The translations under genes and the position numbers were made by a program. This document shows positions 1 to 27,596 of a stretch of DNA of 64,000 nt, piece by piece. The stretch is from Lytechinus pictus (Eukaryota), in contig NC_087263.1 in assembly GCF_037042905.1 (NCBI RefSeq), positions 14,448,001 through 14,512,000 of the forward strand, read 5' to 3'. Each line of letters opens with the position of its first letter. Position 1 is the first letter of the stretch. The notes under the pieces are model-generated. The model worked only from the letters and a program-made list of their open reading frames with translations. It was not told the origin of the DNA and searched no databases.

Positions 1-234
1 GGTTAAGTTTTTGAAATGTTGTCATAACTTCGAAAGTATATGGACCTAGTTCATAAAACGTAGACATAAGGGTAATAGTGTATGACTGAAGATCCTGCCT
101 GAGTTTCAGGTCACATGATTAAGGTCAAAGGTCACTTACGGTCAACGAACTTTGGCCATGTTAGGGTTATTTGAGGAATTTTTCATCATAACTTTAAGGT
201 TTATGGATCTAGTTCATGAAACTTGGACATAAAA
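1..234 (+). mobile_element. Helentron-associated (HINE/DINE-1-like) non-autonomous element, internal ~155-bp tandem units; left part, interrupted by the BEL insertion
   Basis: Unit 'atggatctagttcatgaaacttggacataag...gagtttcaggtcacatga..aaggtcaaaggtca' recurs here and resumes after the BEL TSD at 6883. Confidence 0.6.
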
Positions 235-239
235 GTAAC

Positions 240-1404
240 TGTGACGTATAACTACTAGTGACTTGACAGTAGACAGTACTCAAACAAAAGACTCGGTGAC
301 GCGGAATTTCCAGTTATCATACGATGCATCAAGTATACAATCTGGGCATACCATCTAGCATACCATCGAGCATACCATCGAGCATGTTCAATCTGTAGCA
401 TAAAAATATAAACAAACAATAATAAGCATCTGTATATGCAGTTACATTTATGTACTTGCATGAGATAAAATAAATAGTCTATGTATTGCACAAATTATTT
501 GTGACGTTTGAATCTTGCATAAATAATATTCTGGTTTCCTGTAACATACCTATCAAATTCTGTCAATGTATTCCAAATGACCTTGAATAAACTTTGCAAT
601 ATGCGGTTAAATAAACAAAACCTTGACTTCGTTTCATTTGTCCTTTATATCCACTACGATACTTAAATATTACCTTGCCTCTAAACTATATACTCTGAGG
701 CATTATTGACTAGCAATAACTTTACTCAAACCAATAACTAGGCTTTCATTTCACCTTCACTGTATGTGTTATTTGTAATTATCAGGGCTTTAAAATGCAC
801 CAAAAAACTGGCTTTAATGCCTTATTTCCAAACTCATACATATACTGTATCCTTTTCAACAACTAGAACCAATGTAGCTAACAAAGAACAACATTTGTTT
901 ATTTGACATTCCATTTCGTTTACAACTCTGAACATGAATAGCCTACTATGCACTGTGTGCGAGATTACCACACAGTACCGTACCGATATGCTATTACGCA
1001 ACACTCTTCATGTGCATGTCCAAGTACCTATCAATGTACAATGTCAATATACGTTTATCACACGTGTATTCTATACGTAAACTCCAAACACTTTCACCAA
1101 AGTTATGAGCTAAATTAACAACAAATTAATTATCGTCTCGAGTTAATTTTGGCTCCATATATTCAGTTAAACATTACATTACGGAAATATAAAGGTCCTT
1201 TTACTTACAACATTGGACTTGTACCGATTATCTTGAATTCTAACTGTAAAGTCACGACGGGCTGAACTTTAAATCTTTGTCGATCTTGGCAAGGCCAATT
1301 TCCAACGCCCTCTATCGACCCAGATAAATGATGCTACAACTCAATAACGTCTCTGACGTCATGTTAAATATTTCAAAGAAAAAATACACTTTCTAAATCT
1401 TACA
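240..1404 (-). repeat. 3' LTR of the BEL element
   Basis: tgtgacgtat...tcttaca; matches 5713-6877 with no difference seen by eye (identical 78-aa spurious ORF in both). Confidence 0.95.
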
Positions 1405-1416
1405 CTCCGGCCCCTT
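1405..1416 (-). other. Polypurine tract (PPT)
   Basis: Minus strand AAGGGGCCGGAG immediately precedes TGTAAGA of the 3' LTR. Confidence 0.8.
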
Positions 1417-3033
1417 AAATGCATAGACACAACGGAGCATTTATCAATTTTTTCTTTCACGATTAAAAATTACACTGTATCTTGCTTCCCTTTAATCATT
1501 TGAACTGACTGGTAAACAAGAATACACTGAACTCCAAATACCTTTAAATTGCATGTACCTGTATATAAATAATAACGTGCACTATTTGCTTTAGTACACA
1601 TAATTGGCTTTGACAACAATTGAAATCGACAACCCTTTCCAATATGGCAGTCTAGAAAATAATTTGATATAAACTTTAAATGCTTGTGACCTAGAGACAT
1701 TCAGTTATGCTCAAGAAAATAATGAATTGCTTTTTTCCCGCAATCATCTATAAAACATTGTCCCTTTAAAACATAAATTAACATCTATATCCTATTATTT
1801 TTACAAACATTGTGTTCCCTATTACACAATATCATATCATTTTCTGGGTCTTCACAGATTAAATTCAAATTCTAGCTGAACATACAGTATATACACAAAG
1901 TATAAATCTAACGTTATGTATCTTCAATCCTTACAACTCTGAATATTTCCAACTATTCTTTTCTTGTAAAAACACTTGAATTGAGTCGGTGTTTAAACTC
2001 AAAAGTGAACCTGTTTTTTGTCTCCTCTTAATCAGCAATGACAATATCAAACTCTCTGCATCAAATCTGACACCTTTGTAAGAATAGTCTTGTTTGAATA
2101 ACATACTTTATCAACTGTGATCATCAAATATGCCTTTTAGATCACAAAATACACAAAAAATACATCTTGAGGATGAGATACATTTACTAGATTAACTAGT
2201 CTCTTTATCAAGTTGAAATATCCCTATTATATAGTCTTTCTTCAATCCACAATTTAATAAACGTTTTAATGAATTTCGGAACTTATTATGTCCATCATCT
2301 TGAAATTCAAAGTTCTTCATATTGTCGTCAATTTCAAACTGTTCATGTTGTAACTCATGATTCATTATAGTCTTGTTTCAAGTCTTGAATGTTTCTAAAC
2401 TTTCCATTCTTTAAGAATGATTTGCTGCTTGGCTGAATGTCGTCGTGATAAACTGCTTGAAAATGTCCTCCACTCTAACAGTCATTCATCTTGAAACAAT
2501 GAGAATGATTGGTTTCAAATTTTTGAACATTCCTTTGAGCATTTCAAAACAATTCATGATAACTGATGCAAATTCCTTTTCCTTGATTAGCAATTCCTGC
2601 TTTTGCTGTGCTATCAAATTATCAATTTTCAATCGACCTGGTACCACACTAATCTTCTTGTATTGTTCTATAAGAGCAAATTCAATATAAAGAAAATTTT
2701 AAACAGATTTGACAAATAAATCTCAGTTATGAATTTACTCCTTATCCTTTTATCAAATCCATATTCCGCACAAATTGCTTGTTAAATGCACTTAGACCAG
2801 GGAGGAGGGAGCTTAGACACTGCTATTTTTACCTCGCTCACTAATTTTAAACTTTCTGCTATTTCCAAAAATACGATTTCTATACTGGTCCTTTTTGGAT
2901 CTCACTGCTACATTTTTACACTTTCACCACAATGAGAAATATATCTTTGTAGTGCCTTAAATTCAAATATTTTCTCTAACAAAATACATATGTATCAGAT
3001 AATTTTTATGACCAAACATGTACGTGTACAGAT

Positions 3034-5648
3034 TCAACCGTATCCCTTTTCTGAATTTCTTTGTTTTATAATGTACGGTGTGAAACTGTCAACTCCAAAA
3101 TACATGTAGCCAAATAAAGGTTTACCAGGTGACACTCTGGGCAGATTGGCCAGGTCCGGCCCCTGTGGAACCTTGTCAGGTAATGCTTCTTCATTATGCT
3201 TTGCCACACAATCACTAATAACTTGTGGACTTATGACTAAATGGTGAGGTAAGTACAATGAGGTTATATCTTCTAATTGTTCTGTCTTATTAACTTTCAT
3301 TATAGAGTAGTTACTTAGCATATGTTCTACGTCCACTTGGTGTTTCTTCTGAAGTGTATCATCTATCAGTAATCTCTTGGGTGACGACTGCAAACGCTGT
3401 TCTGCAGTCAAAATGTCGTCTGGTAGTTTTGGCGTTTTCTTCTCAAATGACGTTGGCGATAGGTTGTGAACTCCATCCTTTTTACCACTACTCTCCCGGA
3501 AAGCTGACGCATTACTAACATTGACGGACGAAACCTTGTCCTTCTGAAGAACTTCTGAGCTTTCATTCTTCCTGAATCTCTGAAGTCTGCCATCCTCCAG
3601 TTTGATGTCGCTACCAACAAAGCTTGTAGTAGCTGTGTGTATGTCTTCTGGCATCTTGGGCTGGACAGGACCACTTACTGCCCATCCTAATTTGGTTCTT
3701 ACAGCATAAGGTCCATCCTCGGATGCTCTAATTTCTATAGGTATCAATGCTCCAGGCACATCTTGTCCGATCAAAAGTCCAACTTCATGTTGTGTGACGA
3801 TAGGAATGTTGATTCCTTCTAGGTGGTTCCATCCTCTGATGTCTTCCATCTTGGCGATGTGAGATTCTTTGACGTTGATTGACTCTCTTGTATATACACG
3901 TGGTAACTTCACTATCTCTGTATCTTTGCCTGTGTCTACTATGAGGCTAACAACTGATGTATCTACTGTGCTGTTAGATCTTCCAAGTGTTGATAGATTT
4001 AGACTTTGCTTCCTTTCCACTGCATTAAGTTGTCTGGATAGGGCTGCTGTACAAAACGTGCTGGTAGAACCAGTGTCTAGGAGAGCATAAGTTTCAACAG
4101 ACTTGCTCTCGTTGTGAGCCCTTACCCTAACTGGAACTATGGGAAGTACACACCTACCGGTCCCTGTGACCGATTTATCAATGAAGCTATTCTGAGCTGT
4201 TTGGATTTCATCAAGTGGCGTTTGAGTGGAAGAAGATCTCAAATGTTTATTTGGTTGAGGCTGATTCTCTATCTCTTGATGCGGAGTACCTCTTTCAGGT
4301 GACAAGCTTTCCCGAAATAAGTGGAGAAACTTTGTATGTTTTCTCTGACATCCTGGTACTGAGCATGTTCGGTTCAACTTACAAATTCTGCTGGTATGAC
4401 CTTGTTGCAAGCAATTGAAACATAGTCTGTTCTCTTGTGCAAATTTAAATCTCTCATCAGGTGTCAGAGACTTAAAGCTGTCACAACCAAACAAGGTATG
4501 GTCTTGGTAACACTTGAAGCACTTCTTGGGCTTAGGAAAGCTTGAATTATCAGTGACTGCTGTAGAGTAGCTGCTCTTTGAATTATGCTTGTTGAAGCTT
4601 GGTTTAGATGCTGATCTTGGAGAAGTCGCAGTCAGCTCACCGAAGACTGGATCGTTAACTTCTTCGGCGGCATCAGATACAAACTTCACCATGTCAGTGA
4701 TATCTGGAGATCGGCCTCTTTGTCTAATGTCTCTCACTACTTTCAACCATCTAGCTTTGAGATGAAATGGGAGTCTTTCTACCAGTTTGACCAGTTCTCT
4801 GTTACTGCTGATTTCCTTTGTTAGATTCAATGCCTTAAGAGTCTCAAGACATACCTGCAATTCATCAGCGAACTTGCGTAGTCCAGTTCTGTCATTTGCA
4901 TGAAGTGTTGAACCATTAGTTATCTGTTCGATCCATGCTTCTCCTATCTTAAATCTACTGCCAAAGCGTACTCTCAGTAATTCTCTGGCGCGTTGATATC
5001 CTAGCACTGGATCCATTACCATACAACACTGTATGATGTTCTTGACATCCCCTTCACAGCACTGATACAACTTCATGAGCTTTGTCCCCCTGTCTAGTGT
5101 AGACGAGCCTATCAAATTATCAAAACATGCTATGAACTCATGATAGTGCAAAGGATTACCGTTAAACTTCATGATCTCCACATTTGACAGGCTTATTGCT
5201 TCCAACAACGATGCTGTGTTTGCTGATACTGATACAAATCTTGGTTGTGCTGCGGGTATGGCATGGTGTCTTCCAAATTCTCGTGCGGTACATTGTTATC
5301 ACGCTCGCTGGCCTGAATCTGTGGCTGAACAGGCTGCTGCTGTTGACCAAGTTCTTCACTTGTGGGTTCAATCTTAACGTCGAGTTGACTGGGATGCTGA
5401 TCAAATTGTTCATATACAGCCTCTTCTGCTGCTGCAACTTTGAGCTTAGTTTCTAACATAAACTGTGCCTTCTTTTGCTGTAGATGAAATTCTTGAAGCT
5501 CTAACTCATGCTGTTCCTTCAAGGATGCTAGCTCTGCTGCCAGGGCTGCCTTCTTGGCCTTCGTCTTTATCCTCGATGACGCTGTTGAACTCTTACCACC
5601 TTGGCTGGCCGAGTCCTCCGACTTGATACTTTCAGATGATCCACTCAT
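3034..5648 (-). pseudogene. BEL gag-protease polyprotein with RT/integrase stubs; one frameshift near 5205-5212
   Basis: ORF 5193-5648 (coiled-coil gag N-terminus) plus ORF 3034-5208: FNGNPLHYHEF gag region, knuckles CFKCYQDHTLFGC / CFNCLQQGHTSRIC / CSVPGCQRKHTKFLH, protease YALLDTGS, then RT-start remnant YLPHH...QGPDL fused to integrase-start remnant RVSPGKPLF..GVDSF..KGYG*. Confidence 0.9.
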
Positions 5649-5712
5649 GGCGACTGTTCTTGACGGTGACGGTGACGACTGTTCTTACGGTGACGATTGT
5701 TATTGAACTTTA

Positions 5713-6877
5713 TGTGACGTATAACTACTAGTGACTTGACAGTAGACAGTACTCAAACAAAAGACTCGGTGACGCGGAATTTCCAGTTATCATACGATGC
5801 ATCAAGTATACAATCTGGGCATACCATCTAGCATACCATCGAGCATACCATCGAGCATGTTCAATCTGTAGCATAAAAATATAAACAAACAATAATAAGC
5901 ATCTGTATATGCAGTTACATTTATGTACTTGCATGAGATAAAATAAATAGTCTATGTATTGCACAAATTATTTGTGACGTTTGAATCTTGCATAAATAAT
6001 ATTCTGGTTTCCTGTAACATACCTATCAAATTCTGTCAATGTATTCCAAATGACCTTGAATAAACTTTGCAATATGCGGTTAAATAAACAAAACCTTGAC
6101 TTCGTTTCATTTGTCCTTTATATCCACTACGATACTTAAATATTACCTTGCCTCTAAACTATATACTCTGAGGCATTATTGACTAGCAATAACTTTACTC
6201 AAACCAATAACTAGGCTTTCATTTCACCTTCACTGTATGTGTTATTTGTAATTATCAGGGCTTTAAAATGCACCAAAAAACTGGCTTTAATGCCTTATTT
6301 CCAAACTCATACATATACTGTATCCTTTTCAACAACTAGAACCAATGTAGCTAACAAAGAACAACATTTGTTTATTTGACATTCCATTTCGTTTACAACT
6401 CTGAACATGAATAGCCTACTATGCACTGTGTGCGAGATTACCACACAGTACCGTACCGATATGCTATTACGCAACACTCTTCATGTGCATGTCCAAGTAC
6501 CTATCAATGTACAATGTCAATATACGTTTATCACACGTGTATTCTATACGTAAACTCCAAACACTTTCACCAAAGTTATGAGCTAAATTAACAACAAATT
6601 AATTATCGTCTCGAGTTAATTTTGGCTCCATATATTCAGTTAAACATTACATTACGGAAATATAAAGGTCCTTTTACTTACAACATTGGACTTGTACCGA
6701 TTATCTTGAATTCTAACTGTAAAGTCACGACGGGCTGAACTTTAAATCTTTGTCGATCTTGGCAAGGCCAATTTCCAACGCCCTCTATCGACCCAGATAA
6801 ATGATGCTACAACTCAATAACGTCTCTGACGTCATGTTAAATATTTCAAAGAAAAAATACACTTTCTAAATCTTACA
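5713..6877 (-). repeat. 5' LTR of the BEL element
   Basis: Copy of 240-1404, upstream of gag on the minus strand. Confidence 0.95.
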
Positions 6878-6882
6878 GTAAC

Positions 6883-7419
6883 CATGTATCCCTGAATATC
6901 ATGTGCGAGTTTCAGGTCACATGACTAAGGTCAAAGGTCACTTAGGGTCAACGAAGTTTGGCCATGTTGGGGTTATTTGAGGAATTGTCATTATAACTTT
7001 AAAAGTCTATGGATCTAGTTCATGAAACTTGGACATAAGAGCAGCAGTGTATCCCTGAATACCCTGTATGCATTTCAGGAACATGGCCAAGATCAAAGGT
7101 CATTTAAAGGTCAATGAACTCTGGCCATGTTGGGAGTACATGTATGTGTTGAATTGGCATCATTAAGTTCCAAAGGAAGTTTATGGATCTAGCTCATGAA
7201 ACATCGACATAAGGATAATCAAGTATGAATAATTGTTTTGCACATGTCTTTAGCTCACATGATCATGGTCAAAGGTCATTTTGGGTCAATGGGCATAATA
7301 TTGTATTATCATAGTGTTTTCTTCTGTGAATAATATTCATTAGCTATTTTCAAAGGAAGCACTGCTGCTATATCGCATTGCGTAATGCAGGCGAGACTGC
7401 CAGAGGCATTCCACTTGTT
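6883..7419 (+). mobile_element. HINE/DINE-1-like element, right part
   Basis: About three more tandem units, then terminal 'atgcaggcgagactgccagaggcattccacttgtt' (subterminal IR, short hairpin, T-rich end); related pieces at ~8010-8205, ~16170-16350 and ~31160-31450. Confidence 0.6.
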
Positions 7420-7768
7420 ACAGATTTGACAATTAGGTCCAACTTGACTGAACCATAAAATGTTAAACAACATTGGTGATTCCACATGTTCAGGGAGAAA
7501 TAAAACTTTATTTCACAGGAAAATGAGTTGAAAATTAGAATATTTCAAAAAATGCAAAAGAAATAGTGAGTGAGTGATGTCATCAGGTCCCTCATTTGCT
7601 TACCAACCGGGATGTGCATATATAACTATTTTGTGAAATTAAGCGAAACTTTAAAATGTTATAACTTTCTTATTTTACATCCAATTTTGATGAAATTTTC
7701 AGTGTTATGCTTGTTGGATTTTTCTGTTTTAATCAAATCAACTTTTTGTTGCAGGGTGGACTTGTCCT
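7420..7768. mobile_element. Kolobok-like TTAA MITE, right part
   Basis: Ends ...gggtggacttgtcct|ttaa; same family at 52086-52190 and ~58975-59549. Confidence 0.65.
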
Positions 7769-8388
7769 TTAAATTGTGTTCGTACATTGAAAGTAATGGA
7801 TCTAAAAGAAACTTTGACTTGAGGGTAATCAGGGGAGCGTTGCCGTTTCATGAAATGACTTGTCAGACATTTTTTCTGACAAGTCCCATTTTATCCAACA
7901 GTTACCATAGTAACAGCGCTTCTCAGCCAATCAAAATCAAGGGAAGTTGTCATATCTGACAACTTGTCCGACAAAAATGTTGATGAATGAAACACTTCCC
8001 AGCTATCACTTATCATTTTGTGCGAGTTTCAGGTAACATGATCATGGTCAAAGGTCATTTCAGGTCAATGAAGTTAGTATTTTATTATCATATAAATGGT
8101 GTTTTTTAGTGAATAATTTACTCATCTTTAAGTTGTTTTCAAAGTCAGCAGGTACATGTATCAATTGCCTATAAAAACAAATGAGACTGCCAGAGGCATT
8201 TCACTAATATTTTTTATTAATGTTATTGTTTATATTCCCATTCGTGTTACTTTAGTAAATGTTTTACATTATTATTTTTTTAACATTATTATTTTTATTT
8301 TCATCCATATTTTAATCACCATCATCATCATTTTCAAATCAAGGTGTCAATTAGGGTCTATGCCTGTAGACTACATGTATGGCAAGTT

Positions 8389-8836
8389 TCCCCAAGTCTG
8401 CGCAGTCCCCCTTGTCTGCGCACACGCGTATCTGCGCGATTCTAGTAAAAGAAGATACGCAACGAGCACGAACTCTACACATGCAATACATAGACAGGTA
8501 TTCATTAAAAAATCGAACTCAAAATGATGAAAAAATAATTAATTTAGGGCATTTCATGTGACGGCCTCAAAATGCAGCCTTTCTCATAAAAATCCCCGAA
8601 TCGTGTGCAAAGTGAATGAGTGCGCAGACATGGGGTACCATTTTTTTTTTCAATCTGAAAATGACAGCCCGAGGTTTTTTCAAGAAAATCCTATATTTTC
8701 TTTCATGTTTTTAATGAGAAATTTGGTACACTTACTAATAATAATATAAGGAACATTATTAACTGAAAGATTTTGTGAAATAAGAAGAAATCCATGTTAA
8801 ATCTTAACTTAAATTGTTAGGTGCGCAGACTTGGGG
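8389..8836. mobile_element. Small TIR element just upstream of the first cry coding exon
   Basis: Inverted repeats CCCCAAGTCTGCGCA / TGCGCAGACTTGGGG with internal copies of gtctgcgca; TSD not resolved. Confidence 0.5.
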
Positions 8837-8969
8837 CCCACCATCATACATGTATGCCTCAGTTGATGCCAAGACGTGTGTGCCACCATTCTCTCTATAT
8901 TCATGATTATTCGTCTGTTTCTCTCTGTTTCTCTCCGATCAGATTTAACTAATCCTTGTGATCGTCAAG

Positions 8970-24891
<15,922 letters not shown>

Positions 24892-26871
24892 TCCTAAACC
24901 GGACGTGGGCCCGCCAAGCTGCCGGCCATGCACCCACGTCTAGCACAAACTTGCTCGTTCATTTGTGAGGATGCGTATTGTCGTCGATGTATCGCAATCT
25001 CAGTGTTTCGATATGTGCAAGCCTGCTTGCAGGCGCTAATCGTTTGAGTGTTTCGTCCGCACTTTGTATGCCGTCTGTTACATATGAGTAGAAATGCTGG
25101 CCGAGTGTGCTTTGGATTTTTAATTGTTTGATAAAGCGGGATGCACATCGTGGTACATGTTCGTCAAAGCACAGCAACACCTTTTTGTGTCCATGTACGG
25201 TAGAACACATTAATACTTCTCATGTGTTAAAAATGCATGCGTCAACTGTTCAAAATGACTTTATTTATGTCACTTTTGGTGTAAGGCGTGCAGATGAACA
25301 AATTTTGCACCAACGTCTAACAGAATTTGACAGGTTCAAATTTTTCTGCAGTTCAACGACGATAAACTTCCCTCGCTTCTGCGCGACGTTTTTTTACCTC
25401 GTACAGTTTGGAGATCTTTGTTGTTAAACCTGATGGCTACGGGAACCGAATGGCACCTGTACAAACTCTATGGGAATTAGAGAATTCGGTATTCAATAGG
25501 TTAACTTCATTTGCAATGTCAGATCAAGTCTAAACTCCTACGAAAACTTTGTGAGCATGGCAGAAAGCTTCCATTACGAGTCATTTTGTACATACTGAGA
25601 ATTTTCTTTAGCAGAGAGTCAGAGGCAAGCTTTTTGCTGTTTACTCTTGAATATAGGAATGCGTTTATTACAGGGTTTTATGCTTATATTGTTTTATGTG
25701 TATGATTTTATACACAATTATCATACATGTATATTGCCTATGTGCTCTTTATATTTGTAATACATGTATGTGTTATAATGGTCATTTATGAATCTACATG
25801 TACATGTATATGTACTTGGATGTTTGTTATTCCTGATAACAGATAATCAAAAGAGATTGTGTGTGTGAGGTGTATGAGAATCATACACAGACTGATATAT
25901 TTATGAATATATTTTCCCATGAAGAGGTTTTGATTAAACTACATGTACAGTCATAAAGCTAGCCAATTTTAATGAAATGTTATACCAAAGAAAATCTGAT
26001 CAGTAGAACACCATAACCTTCTTGTGAATTTTGAAGGTATTTATATTTTCTTACCATAAGTGATTCTATTGAAATATATTTGTCTTCTATTTGATAGAAT
26101 AAACAGATTTAGGATTCTGATAAAATGTGGGCCTGTCTTAAGGGTAACACCCAATTCAGATCATCATTATCGTTACCTATTTTCATACATTTGAACAATG
26201 ATGTACATGAAACAACAATGTCTTGTAATACTTGCGAACGTTTAATGATTTTTTTTTTCAGTGCGATTGCAATTATTGTTTCGCATATGATTTCCACGAA
26301 ATGATGAATGAGGCTATTAAACTATTGTCTTGTGCTTATTGATGGAAACACCTATGAGCATATTTAATTATTCATATTCATTTAGAAATTATTCTGTTTG
26401 ATGACTGGTATTGAATACCCTAAGCTGAACAACATCAGGGTCCCGTAACACAAAGCTTAGCAATTGATTCTAACGATTGATTGTACATTGAAGTCAATGG
26501 AATCAATCGTATAAAAATGTTCTACAATCATTGCTAAGCTTTGCATTATGGGTCCTAATAGTACAGCTGTATCGGAATGAAATATCCAAGACAATGAAAT
26601 ATGGCATCATTTTATTTTAGTTATGATATACTCAGAATTGTCAACACGTTCTATATATCGATTTGCGTCATTGATAATCTCAAAAGAAATTGTGCAATCA
26701 TGGTGTATACCTACTGTGTTTTTGTTTGGCACCTTGTGTATAAAATTGCGTATAGGATTGCACCCAGTTCCTACATGTATGTGCATTGTAATGTATATGT
26801 CACGGCTGGGGGCTGCTTTGTAAAGCTGCCTGCAAGTTGCACACAACTTTCTCGCACTTGACGGATGACCC

Positions 26872-27596
26872 GGGCACCGTCTTACAAGGAATTACAATTG
26901 AGCTGATCAACCACAACTATGGAAAGCCAGCACCGTCAACATCTAAAATGCATGTTTGTTCAAAATGTACTCAAGATGTGATGTATAATCATTGCATTCA
27001 TTGTTTTCTTGAAAATTCAGTGTGCTTCTCTTTGTTTACAAAGGACATCATGGAAGTTTCCTGGAGAAAAAATTATGACATTGATGGATTTCAATATAAT
27101 TTAAGATGATCAGATTAATAGTAACTCTTTGTAAGACGGGCCCCTGGTGGGTGTTTCATAAAGCTGTTCGTACAGTTACATGTACGCTTAACTATATGTA
27201 CGACTGGAATATGTTGTTATGTGGTAAGTCAACTACACAGGGATAGATCACATAGCACAAGAAAGGGTCACCAGTCATGCTACATGTATGTCATCCGTAA
27301 CTTACAAAACATCTTTATGATACCAGGGGCCTGTCTTACAAAGAGTTACGATTGATCCAATCAATTGTAACTCTATGGAAATCCATCAGTGTCATAATTT
27401 TTTCTACAGGAAATTTGCACAATGTCCTTTGTAAAACAAAGAGAAGCACAGTGAATTTTCAAGAAAACAATGAATGCATAAAAATACATCATAGTTAGAA
27501 AATATTTTGATCAATCATGTATAATAGATGTTGACGTCGCTGGCCATCCATAGTTGCGATTGATTGGATCAATCGCAACTCTTTGTAAGACGGGGC
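26872..27596. mobile_element. Chain of three Harbinger-like MITEs (26872-27143, 27147-27323, 27327-27596)
   Basis: Same TIR families as 23712-24600, separated only by CTG/CAG trinucleotides. Confidence 0.75.

Larger units (their letters stand above)
240..6877 (-). mobile_element. BEL/Pao LTR retrotransposon, internally deleted (non-autonomous), very recent insertion
   Basis: Direct 1165-bp LTRs bounded TG...CA; 5-bp TSD GTAAC at 235-239 and 6878-6882; PPT next to the left LTR; BEL-type gag with three Cys/His knuckles and LLDTGS aspartic protease on the minus strand. Confidence 0.95.

Noticed and set aside
255..491. 78-aa ORF duplicated at 5728-5964
   Set aside because: It lies within the LTRs, and ARWY x3 derives from a 12-bp tandem repeat; no domain is recognisable.
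5193..5295. Programmed -1 ribosomal frameshift in gag
   Set aside because: No slippery heptamer, the site is mid-gag, and a 1-bp loss explains it; BEL elements normally have a single ORF.
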